Source: Tubiluchus corallicola
Lineage: Eukaryota > Animalia > Priapulida
DNA: 64,000 nucleotides
Assembly: GCA_030141605.1 (NCBI GenBank)
Contig: JAQGDQ010000238.1
Location: 186,001 to 250,000 of the forward strand
Reading direction: 5' to 3'
Positions 1-11,442 of the stretch are shown piece by piece. Under the pieces are notes generated by a model. That model had not been told where the DNA came from. It ran no database searches and worked only from the letters and a program-made list of their open reading frames with translations. Position 1 is the stretch's first letter. Each line of letters begins with the position of its first letter. A program made the position numbers and the translations under genes.

Positions 1-1190
1 ACATTGCTAGAGATTTTAGCATAAATTTTACTGTGATTCCCTTAAATATAATATCAAGTGGGGGTAGCCCACAAATTAACTCTAGTTTGTCTTTTGAGGG
101 GTGAAAGTGACAACCAGTAGCAGTTTTCATAACGTCATACAACAGATCGTCAAACAATGAGTGCTTTCTTACCATCCAGGCTGGAGCAGCATACATTATA
201 ATTGGTAAAACTAAAGTCTTAAATAGAGCAATGATAACACTGAGACTGAAGCCTTTATACAGCATGCTCTTACGCTTAATTGACATCCACCTATTCCAAG
301 CTTGTCTTCTAACCTTACTTACATGATTTTCAAATGACAAATTACTGTCGATTGTAACTCCTAAAACTTTACTACTTTGCACGTAACTAACATCATTGGT
401 TCCAAATTTTAAGCAGTCGTTTAAATCATGAAGGCCAAATGGAATTACTTCAGTTTTTCCTTGCGAGCAATTTAGTATCTGCCGCCATTTAAAACACCAA
501 TTATAGAGTTTATCACAGCACAGCTGACTAGTTCTAAGCGTTTCATATTCGGAAGAACAAGCTACAAGTATTGTTCCGTCATCTGCATATTTAAAATTAT
601 CAGTATTTGATATTGCTAAGATTTCGTCAAACATGTCGGACACATAAAAATTAAATAGCACCGGGGAGATGACTGACCCCTGTGGCAGACCTATCTTACA
701 ACAGTATTCCTGAGAAGTATAGTTATTGACCTTGATGCGCACATTCCTTTCATATAGAAAAGTCTTAATAAGACCCAGAATTCTACCTTTAAAGCCGGCC
801 TCATATAGCTTAAACAGTAGACCATCCAACCAGACGCTGTCAAAAGCGCGCTGGAAATCACAGCAGATAGACAGACAGACATCATTTTGTAGTAAATGCT
901 TTTGAATATTTGATATTAAGCGAATCAAATAGCGACCGGTATTGCGACCTGCCATGAAACCTTCCTGCACTTCGTCTATCAGATCATTTTCAGATATGTA
1001 AGTTCTCAATCGATTTGACAGTAAACGTTCAGCAAATTTGCCAAAATAGGATGAGAGCGTCAGGGGTCGAAAGCTACCAGGATCCGTATAATTTGTTTTG
1101 CCTTCCTTTTTAATGAATATTACATTGGATTCACGCCAAACCCACTCGCTTTTACTTAAACAAAGATTACACAAGTATAGAAAAACGGCC
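1..1190 (-). mobile_element. Degenerate non-LTR retrotransposon (LINE) reverse transcriptase fragment, probably I/Nimb/Jockey group
   Basis: Minus-strand translation gives RT motifs WRESNVIFIKKEGKTNYTDPGSFRPLTLSSYFGKFAERLLSNRL, QEGFMAGRNT, GLPQGSVISPVLFNFYVSD (GLPQGS at 674-691) and YADD (578-589). Frameshifts present; ends near the (GA)n tract and runs off the window start. Confidence 0.88.
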
Positions 1191-1212
1191 TTGGCCCAGA
1201 AGCCAAGGTGTT

Positions 1213-1213
<1 letters not shown>

Positions 1214-1288
<75 letters not shown>
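1214..1288. repeat. (GA)n microsatellite
   Basis: Perfect AG run; explains the ERERER ORF at 1098-1418. Confidence 0.97.
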
Positions 1289-1300
<12 letters not shown>

Positions 1301-1905
1301 GGTGCAGAGAAAAGGAGATAGAGAGAGAAGGGGAAAAAGAGAAGGAAAGAAGGGAAAGGACGAAAAATCGTATTTCCTTAACAACATTTTCTTAAAAACA
1401 ATTAGCAAGATGTTATAGGAGCCTAAGAGTAGAAAAGTATCCTTTCTCTCCGTCGGTGAAGTGCCTCACTTCACCTCCTGCTTTGCCATTCTTCCCATTA
1501 TCAAGACAGAATTGCTTATAATTGCACCACTGTCTTTGCCTAAATGTTTGGAATCAAGCAACTTGAATGGGAGGGTACGCTCGCATACGAGGCTCTGTCT
1601 TCTAATTCGGCTAATTAACGGCAATTATCCAAAGTCAAACTGAGTTAATGAACTGTTAAAAATATTATAGTCCGTAATTAGCGGTCAGACATCTTCCCTG
1701 CGCACTTAAGTTTCGCAATAAGTCAGGATGTATCAAGCATAGTTATTGCAGTAATTAGTTGTTAATTATGTTTAGGAAATATTTGCCCCAAACAGGGTTC
1801 GCTCAGTAATTGTGATGTTATCTAATGAAAGAAAGTCAGAAAGCAGCTGCATAGTATCATAATTACGCTGGGTTCAACAGAGTTTAACACAAGCGAAGGG
1901 TATAA

Positions 1906-2097
1906 CCCAGGCAACACGACGAAATTGCCCCAATGTTGTCACAATACTTTCTGCAAATATTTTGACAATATGCACATTGTACCAACATTTTTATCAATAT
2001 TTTTCGATATTGCGACAATATTGTGACAATATTGGTACCAATACTGTCACAACATTGTACCAATATTTCTGATGATATTTTTTACATATCGTGACAG
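1906..2097 (+). mobile_element. Probable DNA-transposon terminus (CCCAG start) with ~11-bp subterminal repeats
   Basis: cccaggcaacac followed by repeated caatattgtga/caatattggta/caacattgtac units. The partner end was not identified. Confidence 0.4.
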
Positions 2098-4392
2098 CTA
2101 AACTCTTCAAATAATTCTCTGCAGAAGAGCAAATGCTTATAAAAATTCATAATATTCTCCACTGAGCCTACTAGACAGGGATCTAAATTATAGTTCATTT
2201 TGCCTATAAGTGATTATAGCCGCAAGTTTATTGTCTTAATAGATTAGCCACAATAAACTATGTACTAGACTATATCGGCTTGTAGTAGTAGTAGTAGTAG
2301 TAGTATATTTTATTGACTATAAATACAATGATTGATACAAAAACTGGGGTGGCAGAAAATAGTAAAATCTACAGTCCATCGTCACAAGTGGATCACATTA
2401 GCATACAAAATAAAATAGTTGTACTAACTTTATACCATTTGGTATAGTCGTACTAACTTTATATCAACTGGTTGTATACTTTAGTTGATATTTTAAGCGA
2501 ATAGTAAACATTCATAAAACTACTGTTGGTTTTGAAAAATTTGTAACACTTTAGAGCAAATTTCAAATACATGGTTACTTTCCATAATATTAGAGGGTGT
2601 AGAGACACTAGGATATTTTCTTTTAATTTTACTAGTCAAGTTATAGTTCATTAATACACGTTTTTTTGCTTGCATTGCTCCACATGTACATAGCGTTTGA
2701 TTTCTATCGTCACCGCCTCATCTACCGGTCTCAATTCTTAAGTGCTTGTAGCCTTAGTCAAGAGAAAGCTATTCGGTTGTTTTTCTATAGTATTCTCTGG
2801 TATGTTTGGGGTGGTCAAGCCCTGGTTCTAACAAAGAGTTATAATCTCATCAGAGTATAAAATAGTATTCCCCGGTATGTTTGGAATGTATCCGTATTTA
2901 TGGGTTTTCTCACTAATTCGTAACTTTGTTCTCCCACTATTCTCTTACACATCTTGTTCTTTCAGCTAATAGACATTATGGGAAAATACGAAACTGGTTT
3001 AATAATACAATAGCTCTAATCTTGCTCTCACTACATTCTTTAACCCCACTTCTAATCTTATATATTTTACCATTTATATATTAAAATGTGTATAAGGGAA
3101 AAATAAGAGTGAAGTGCTGATGACCAACTAAAAGCTTTAACAAATTAACGGTGAACACTTGTCTGCGGGACACTAGAGCAATACATGGGCTTTGGGCAAT
3201 GGAAACTCGACAGTCGCCAATAGAACTCATTGGCTCACTAACCAGAACAGTAACCACTTTGTTAATTTGAACTCAGGTGCTGAAACGCGCTCGGGACGAG
3301 GAGGATGAAACAAAATTCACGAGATTAAAGTTTATTTCCATTTTATTTATTGCTAATTGTTCGGCACTAACCCGGAAACAAGTCGTGGAAATATACAATT
3401 TTATGTGTATATATGTGTGTGTATATGTATGTATGTAAGTAAGTATGTATGTGTGTGTACGTGTATTTTATATGTATATATATAATGTATGTATGGATGT
3501 ACAGCATGCAAAAGTAAATATACATATTTCCTAAAATTTTAAATAGTTTGTAATAATATGCAGGTATCCTGTAGCAAACTAGGTAAACGTTTAAATGCAC
3601 CGTTATTTTCTTACTACTATTCATTTTATTATGTGTTTATGGAGGCATTCTCAATTCTAAGTAGTAAACGTTTTTTACGATTTCTGCACTACTTCATTAA
3701 ATTTTTGTACTTTATTACAGTAATTATTTCTGTACACTGGAGAACTACAGTATATTATAAAGTATAATATTAGAATAAGGGCAACATGTACAGGACTGTA
3801 TGGTCGTATTTGACATTCTTTTGTTGTATCTTGATGTAATACCAATATTGTTCATGTGTGCGAAATAAAATAGTTCTTTTTCTACTCGAACTTTTCATTG
3901 ATTGAATGAAGCAGGGTCGCCATTTTACGCGTCTTGTTCCGAAGACCACTTCAGTTTAATTTAAGCGGAATAACTAACTGATTTAATTATTAGCTGAATT
4001 CAGTCCAGGTTTCAAAGCAACCTCAAGTTTCAATTCACCTCACAACTTCATTTAATTCAGCTAACGTTTCAAAATATTCACCACTGAAATGAACTCAACG
4101 AAATTTAACCAAAGTTAAACTCAGCGGAACTTAACCCAATTCATAACTTTCTTGTGCCAATTCAACTCTCAACTCAACTAAAAAACTTTCAACTCGCAAC
4201 ATTTAATTGAACTCTTACTTAGCCTTATTAATCTTTTTAACTAACTTCTCAAATTAACTTAACTCCAAACTTGACATAATTAATCTCTTGATTCAACTAA
4301 AAAAATATCAACTCAGACAAACTCAAACTAGTTAAAATCATATTTACTTGCTTCTTTGCCGTGCTGACTGGTAGGTTGTTTGCTTGGCAGAT

Positions 4393-4575
4393 TGACTGAC
4401 CAACTGAATGACTGAATGGGTGGCTGCGTGGCTGCGTGGCTGGCTAGTCTAACTGAACTGACTGAATGAGTAAATGAATGAATGGATGAATGAATGGATG
4501 AATAAGTGAATGAATGAATGAATGAATGAATGAATAAATGAATTAATTAATGACTGAATGAACTAACAAACGAAC
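4393..4575. repeat. Compound (TGAC/TGGC/TGAA)n tetranucleotide repeat
   Basis: Degenerate tgaatgaatgaa run. Confidence 0.85.
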
Positions 4576-5179
4576 ACATGCACTACGTGACCGCCAGGAT
4601 AATTCCAGTTCTCGCTAACACCCACAGGGCGTTGTGAGACCTATCTAAAGCTCTTTATCCCTTTAATCTTGGTATTAACCCAAAATCATTGATTAATAAA
4701 AAATAACTATTTGTTCAGAAGGGACGACCTCCATTACAGCTAAAAATCTTCCAATTGCGTCCTACGCAGGGACACGTAACAACCAGACCACAACGGTGAT
4801 CTTTTGGACAATGCTTGTAAAACTCATTGTATTCGTAGTGTAACGCTTTTCTGTAACTATTAAGTAAATGTGTTGCCAAATCGACAAAAGCGCTGAACTC
4901 TTTGTTGTATCATCTGGTACACTATTGTGAAGAAGGTCTTGTTAAGTCCAATAATATTTATTTTGACGGTTGAATTTAAATACAATTAGCTTAGCTTATT
5001 CAGGTGTCTCGTGGTGGTAATATGTCTAAACACTAATTTGTAAATGTGCAAATAGGTGAAACAGACAAATATTCTTGATAGACAGACAGTAGGCCTATTC
5101 TTTTGAGAACGTTTGGTTCTTCACCCTGTCATGTAGTTTGCACTATCGAGTTTCGTCTTCTCCGCGTCTGGGTTATTGT

Positions 5180-5318
5180 TGTCCGTCATCGTCGTCATCA
5201 TCGTATCGTTACAATTATCGTCGTTGCCGCTATCGCCATCATCGTCATCATCATCGTCGTTGTCCTCGTCATCATCATCATCATCACCATCACCATTGTC
5301 GTCGTCGTAGTCATCACT
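5180..5318. repeat. (CAT/CGT)n trinucleotide repeat
   Basis: Explains the poly-His/poly-Ile ORFs at 5103 and 5138. Confidence 0.9.
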
Positions 5319-6467
5319 AACATCTTAGTACGCTGCACAATAGATGACCTCAAGGTGATTTTTTACAAGGTGAGTTTAAAAATGCCACGTGCAAAAAACT
5401 GTGTGGCACTTGCGCGAAATTCGAAACACCAAACTAACACTGCTTGATGAACTATTCATTAGAGCAAAAAAAATAATGTCACGTCAAAAATAATGAGATA
5501 CATTCTCAAGCAATATTTGTGGATTTTCAATGTTATACTATTGTCATAGGTACGTAAATACCTAATCCTGGTGATATTATACACATAATGCTGTAACATA
5601 ATCATTACACTAACATAACGCAAATCGCATTGCCATAAAATTTCAGCTAACAAAATTAACGACTATTACACTGATGACTATTTGAAAAGCTTTATTTGGG
5701 AAACTTGACAGCTGTTGGAAGGTTTCTTCTCTGAAGAACAATGATGTGTGAATGCGGAGTGTGAAGACAAGCGGCTAGCGTGAAACACATCTTTTACCTT
5801 TCCCATTTCTCCACTTACCGTCTCAGCATCCCAGGAGTAAGGTGAGAAAAATCAGGTCGTGGCCCACCTGTCAGTCAGGTAAAAATCCTACATACTGGAC
5901 AGGGCGTACGTAAAATGTCGACTCGGATTTCGGATCCCTACAAGTCAGACCTTGAATATTTATCAATGAATTATAGTGATATTGCAGGCATCAACAAAAA
6001 ATGCTGCAAAATCAGCGTCACAAATTTGCAAACAGATTAGAACGGTTTTGAGAAACCAGCATTAGCAGTGCACTATATGACTTGTGATAGGTTGCTCCAC
6101 TCTGCGGCTGCCCAATCTTCTCATGCTGTGAGGATGGAGTTTATAGGATCACCTCTCTGCACGTGGCTCGCTTCTCCATGCTGATACAGCTACAGCTGTG
6201 ACAAACCCAACCCACCCACTTGACAACTGCGAACATCTTCTTTGCCAACTGCCAAAAACTCTATCAACCGCCTCTAATACAGCATAAACTTAGAATGCAA
6301 GTTTGTGAAACCACACGACGCCTGCTGTTGCTAGACACTTCGGTTTTACATTTTAGGTTTATCTTAAATAAGGCAATGAAATGATGGCAGTGATGCCAAT
6401 GACGCCAATAATATGATAGTAACAATAACCAAAAAACGACAACGGCGGCAGTGTTGACAATGATGTG

Positions 6468-6630
6468 GGTTAGGTTAGGTAGGCAGATAGGTAGGTAGGT
6501 TGGTAAATAGGTAGGTAGATAGGTAAATAGCTAGGCACATAGGTAAAGGTACATAGGTCGGTAGGTAGGTAGGCAGGCAGCACATTAGGCAGGCTACTAG
6601 GTAGACAGGCAGATAGATAGGGAAGGCAGT
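6468..6630. repeat. Degenerate (TAGG/TAGA/CAGG)n repeat
   Basis: taggtaggtagataggtaaatagg pattern. Confidence 0.85.
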
Positions 6631-8789
6631 AAGGTAGCAGGTCAGCATCAGTTATAAGTATCCAAGTATGAATATTTTAGTATGAAACCATATTTTAGCT
6701 GCTCCCGATCAAGTTTTGTGTTCAAAAAATTCATGCTAATGCCTTATGATATTTTTGGAATGTGATCGATCAATGGCGATAATGAATTTCTAATCACGTT
6801 AGTAACAACTTTGATAGCTAGTTGTGTATAGGTATTGTAACTATTTATTGTGCTAACACAATAAATGCGATCTATTTGAAAAATAAAAAACTATATCTCA
6901 CTCGATTCAGTACTATATGTGGATATTGTGTCAAACCCAGCTCCAATACAGGAGTATTCTTTTTCAAATATTCTAATATATTGTGAGTGTACATATTACA
7001 TAGAATTAGAAACAGATATACAAATATAGGCATCAATGGAAATCCAGCAGCCAGTATAAAAAATCGGACGCGTGCCAAAGAGCATTGAAAATGGAGCAAT
7101 TGTTAGCTCACTTCCGGCCAACTCCAACACATTTTAGTCGGACGTAATTGGAATAAAACAAATTAAAGATAATGTAAATTTCAAATTTCGTTGCGGCTCT
7201 GTACAAAATCCAGAAAATTGACAAATCCAGATGAATGACTATACGTCACACGATCGACTTTTGTCAGTTGGTTTTCCGTACTCCGTAGTTCATCTTCCTC
7301 GGCTTATTAGCTCTTCAAAGCCAAAATTTCTATTTATTTTTAAGCGACTAAACTGTAATTGAAAACCGAACTTAACTAAACGTCTCATATTTGCAAAACT
7401 TATTACAATCCTTACTCATCAGTATTCATCAGTATCACTGATAAGACAGACGAACATAAATCATTTCGAATTTATAAAACTTCACTTTCACAGCGCGTTT
7501 CTTGCAAGCGGATGTCAAGGTTTATAATGAATTTATTAGAGATTATTATTTAAGCTTGCAGCAGTGCCCAACAAGATTCAAACACTGCCTTTATCATTTT
7601 AGCAGAACAGTGTTTCTGTCTACACTCAACATTCGAGTATCTCTTTCTAATTTAACTCCACTTAAACATTTCGGTTCAATTAGTTTACAAACTGGTTGTC
7701 TAAGTAGCTACGCCCTAACCTCGGCAAGTCAATGTTTAATTATCCCACGAACGGCGCGAGGCGAAGGTAAACAATTCGGCCTAGAATCTCTGTTTGCTCT
7801 TAGACGATAAGATGACTTTAACAGACGATGCGTCTCCGTAGTGTGCAGGTATGAGTGTGCACCTGCGCTGTGATTAGATATCGTCAATCCCGCTACAACG
7901 GTTTACTTATACGTCCAATTTATGAAACATATTCTTAGATAAAAAAGTGGACGCAGTCCGACGCATCACGACTGATTGACCTTGACGTTCGTTACCATGA
8001 CTGTTTAACTCAACGGCGTGTTTTTAATACCTGAATAAATATTGTTTTCGCCAGTTGTAACCGGGTAAATGCTTTTTATTTCCTATAAGATCAAAATTAA
8101 TTATGCAAATTTTAAAGCAATGACATATTTGATTTCCTAAAAAACTGGACGATTGCTAATTATTATTAAATAATGCAAAAAGTGGTTTAATTAGTAAACC
8201 GTTTTGTTACTAGAAGCATTTGGCCACTGTAACAAGACTGTGATTACATTGACCCAACTGCTTAAACACTCGGTGTCGCGAGATTTTTAACTTTGATAAT
8301 TAAGTTTATTTTTCTTTTTAAATTGAGTAAAACCGTTTATTGGTGTCCCACAAAAAAGTGTTGGAATCTATACAGCAAATGGGTAGACTACGTCATGAAT
8401 CTGTTACTCTCTAAGTAGCAATTTAATGACTGTACTGCGGGATTGCTTCTTAGCTAAACATTTGGTTCATAGATGGCGCCACAAGTTTACTTCATATCAG
8501 ATTCCTTTGGTAAGTAGGCAAGAAACGCTGGCTGGACGGTACAGTGAAGATGGTTGGCATCAACAACTTGTCAAAAACATTATAGATTGTTATAACGTTT
8601 TTACCATATTTGTTGCTGTTACATAATAAAAATTCGATTCATGCACAAGCATACAGAATATCAGTGAATCTCGTTCACAAAAATTAAACTAGATTCAGAA
8701 ACCACGTTTTTCATTTTGATTAGTTTTTGTTGTAACTTTACACTTCTTAAGAAAAGCAAAAAGCTTTATATAAAAAATAATTGAACTTT

Positions 8790-8795
8790 TTTATT
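8790..8795 (-). terminator. Likely polyadenylation signal (AATAAA) of HES gene A
   Basis: TTTATT on + strand ~770 nt after the stop codon, followed on the sense strand by T-rich sequence. Confidence 0.55.
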
Positions 8796-9565
8796 TCAAG
8801 CGTCATAATTTCGTATAATACACAAAATACATATTTACAAGTCACATAAATTTGGAATTACAAAAAACGATACAATTTTTAACTGCTGACACATTTAATA
8901 TTTGGTCCGTTCATGGAATTTTTTTTTTCATTTAAGCAAAGAAAAAGGATAAAGTTCTTACAAGTTATGGGAATGTGTCCGTATGGAACAATTTTGATTT
9001 AGGGGCAGCTATAGAATAGGAAGCATGAAGTACAGTACAAAACTGGCACAGTTAATTCAGCATTCAGGCTAACGGATGTTATCATTTACAATAAAGCATT
9101 CATTGTACTGCTTCCCTGCTATACCCCTTTTAGTGGAATGCGTCAAGAAATAATACTGATTTTCTACCACGAAAGATATGATACAAATAAATGGAATATA
9201 CATAAAAAAGTAAAATTCAATTCAAATTGATATCGACTGATTGACCTAACATGCACTGTCTCTGTCTAGTACTTTAATTACGAACACTAAACTTTTTCAA
9301 AGTATTCAGGTTAGCTAACATTTCTTTTGTGTATTTAATGATATTTTCGAAACTACAGCTATAAAACGCTTTATATAAAACTCAAAAATATATGCGTTCA
9401 GTAATCTAGGCCATTCATATATAAAATTTTAAACACAAACGTTATAAAATGCTGTGATTATATTCAACAGTATACAATTTTAACACTAAAAATGGACGTT
9501 TCTCTGAAAAACATGCTTATGTACAAAGTAAAAAACAACAAAAGTTCAAAACAATTGAGCAGCTT

Positions 9566-10053
9566 TTACCAAGGCCTCCACATGTCCTTTGCAACAGGAC
9601 TAGTGACTGGACTCACATTCGGACTGATTGTGGTCATGTTAGGTGAATGCTGACGAGAATAGTCTAGAACTTGCTGATGGGCAGCAATCATCTGACTTCC
9701 CGGCACAACATAAGCAACATCACCATTTTGAAGTCTTGTGGGCACTAGATTCAATCCAACGTAACACAAAGGCTCCTTATTTTGTGGTGAAGACAGTCGG
9801 TGTTGAATGGCAGCCTGCTGCTGAGGAGATAGCTGAGGAGACACTGGTTCTTGCTTCAAGGGCTCTGCCACCAGTTTTGACTGCTGTGAAAGGACACGTC
9901 CTTGTTGTTGGGACATCTTTCCTTGAAGGTGTTGCATGAGGCGAGCTCGTACAGACGTATCCGCCATTGCTTCTCCAGTATTAATGTACTGCCCCACAGC
10001 AGTGGCACATTCAGTATATCCAGCCCTGTACTTATGCATGTATTCATTGTTAG
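9566..10053 (-). CDS. HES1-like: HES gene A exon 4 (Orange domain, HC motif, WRPW, stop)
   Basis: Acceptor ttttttcag at 10054-10062. The phase-1 junction G|CT (Ala) joins exon 3; the ORF ends WRPW-TAA. Confidence 0.96.
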
Positions 10054-11075
10054 CTGAAAAAAGTAAAAAAATGCAAGTTAGTTTAGCTTACTGACCCACA
10101 ACAAAGGCATACGTAATTTATATTCACTAACAAAATTGTAAAACAAAACAAAAATAAATTTAACAGATCATGTCTTGCTGCCACAGTGATGTGTCTGTAC
10201 AATAAAACATTGATATTGATGTTCATCAATATAATCATTAGAATTTCAAAATTTAGTAACTAACAGAATTTTCTTTTCCAAAACAGCGGGTTAATTTAAT
10301 GATAAAATATTCATTGAAATGTTTGTGACTAGTATCCTAAAGTGTTTTAATGCACTATAAAAAGGCAGGAAACTTCATAAATAAATTATTTAAAAGGCAG
10401 AATAGAAACTTACCAATTGCTTGTTGTTGCAGTTGAACGCTCTTTAAGTACTTGACTGTCATCTCAAGAATGTCAGCTTTCTCCAACTTGGAATGGCGTG
10501 TACTCTGCAGAACAATAAAATGATTGAAGTTTGTAGGTAAAATTTAAAAATATTCACAAATCAAAGTGCACGGAAGAAAAAAATGAAAAAATTATGTCAG
10601 CATACATCCTTGATTCCAGAACTAATTATCCTATAAACTATAAATTTAACTAAAAGAAGATTCAATACTTACATCTTTATTCATCCCTTCCAGCACTAAT
10701 TTCTTCAGTTCTTCTAAACATGTATTAATTCTATCACGCCGCCTCTTCTCAATAATCGGTTTGAACACCTAAATAAAACATGAAATTATATAATTACATT
10801 ACGAAATATAATGTAAATATACAAAAATGTTAGGCGCAAAATTAATCTTATTTAACCTTATATCTTCTAATGTCAGGAAAACATATTTTGTCAAAACTTA
10901 CGCACGAAATATAAGAAAAATTATTAGCATCACGATCACTAAGTTAGAAAAACGGTCACAAATCTCGAAGCAGATAGAAAATTTAACTCATAATCCAAAA
11001 AAACAACAATGGTCAACATACTCTGCGATTATGTTGCCTTTCGTTCAACGCTTGTTCGTGTTTTACCGCCGGCAT
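9566..11075 (-). CDS. HES1-like: hairy/HES-family bHLH-Orange-WRPW transcriptional repressor, gene A; join(11075..11022,10768..10673,10504..10414,10053..9566), 242 aa
   Basis: Spliced protein MPAVKHEQALNERQHNRR/VFKPIIEKRRRDRINTCLEELKKLVLEGMNKD/STRHSKLEKADILEMTVKYLKSVQLQQQAI/ANNEYMHKYRAGYTECATAVGQY...GLNLVPTRLQNGDVAYVVP...DMWRPW*. It has the basic-region proline, an Orange domain, an HC-like motif and terminal WRPW. All introns are GT-AG; 54+96+91+488=729 nt, in frame. Confidence 0.96.
10414..10504 (-). CDS. HES1-like: HES gene A exon 3 (bHLH loop/helix 2)
   Basis: Encodes STRHSKLEKADILEMTVKYLKSVQLQQQAI; acceptor ttctgcag, donor gtaagt. Confidence 0.97.
10673..10768 (-). CDS. HES1-like: HES gene A exon 2 (basic region/helix 1), 96 nt
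   Basis: Encodes VFKPIIEKRRRDRINTCLEELKKLVLEGMNKD; acceptor ttttatttag, donor gtaagt. The 96-nt size is typical of Hes exon 2. Confidence 0.97.
11022..11075 (-). CDS. HES1-like: HES gene A exon 1 (coding part)
   Basis: aaaATG start, MPAVKHEQALNERQHNRR, phase-0 donor gtatgt. The MPA start resembles HES1. Confidence 0.88.
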
Positions 11076-11180
11076 TTTCACAAATTTCACCAACTATAAT
11101 TATTTGCTTTGCAATATCACACAAGCACCGTTCAGCTACTAAGCGTGTCGAAGTGTGTACTGGAATGTGACTGAGTCAGC

Positions 11181-11196
11181 ATATATACGGTATATA
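11181..11196 (-). promoter_or_regulatory. TATA-box candidates of HES gene A
   Basis: TATATA at 11191-11196 and TATATAT at 11181-11187, ~110 nt upstream of the ATG and just downstream of the paired Su(H) site. Confidence 0.65.
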
Positions 11197-11200
11197 CGAT

Positions 11201-11228
11201 GCAGGTGTTCAGCACTCGTGTACTCGTG
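11201..11228 (-). promoter_or_regulatory. Proneural E-box plus two N-boxes
   Basis: GCAGGTG (RCAGSTG) at 11201-11207; CACGAG N-boxes (sense strand) at 11215-11220 and 11223-11228. Confidence 0.7.
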
Positions 11229-11260
11229 CGTGTGAAGAGATTTCTACGATCTTTCCCACG
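11229..11260 (-). promoter_or_regulatory. Su(H)/CSL/RBPJ sequence-paired site (SPS)
   Basis: Sense strand reads CGTGGGAA-agatcgtagaaatctc(16 nt)-TTCACACG, the same half-site types, orientation and spacer as the mammalian HES1 SPS. Confidence 0.9.
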
Positions 11261-11269
11261 AAACGGTAG

Positions 11270-11442
11270 CCAATAGGAACGCCGCTGCACCAGCCCTTTA
11301 TCTGGGAGCGCGAAGCATGAAAACAACACAAAGCTAGTCTCGTGCGAGGGGTCATTCCCACGCTTTTACCCCCAATCACTGGCGAGAGATCACATTCCAT
11401 TCCGGCAGACTGATCTGACTCATTCCGTCACGTGCGACCAAT
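11270..11442. promoter_or_regulatory. Upstream promoter: CCAAT boxes, single Su(H) site, N-box, CACGTG E-box
   Basis: CCAAT at 11270, 11372 and 11438; CTCGTG 11339-11344; TTCCCACG 11355-11362; GTCACGTG 11427-11434. Confidence 0.6.

Noticed and set aside
9643-10047. Antisense and alternative-frame ORFs over HES gene A exon 4 (likewise 62140-62364 in gene B)
   Set aside because: Shadow frames of the real coding exon.
11341-11362. Second SPS (CGTGCGAG...TTCCCACG)
   Set aside because: The spacer is only 6 nt and the first half-site is poor; treated as a single Su(H) site plus an N-box.
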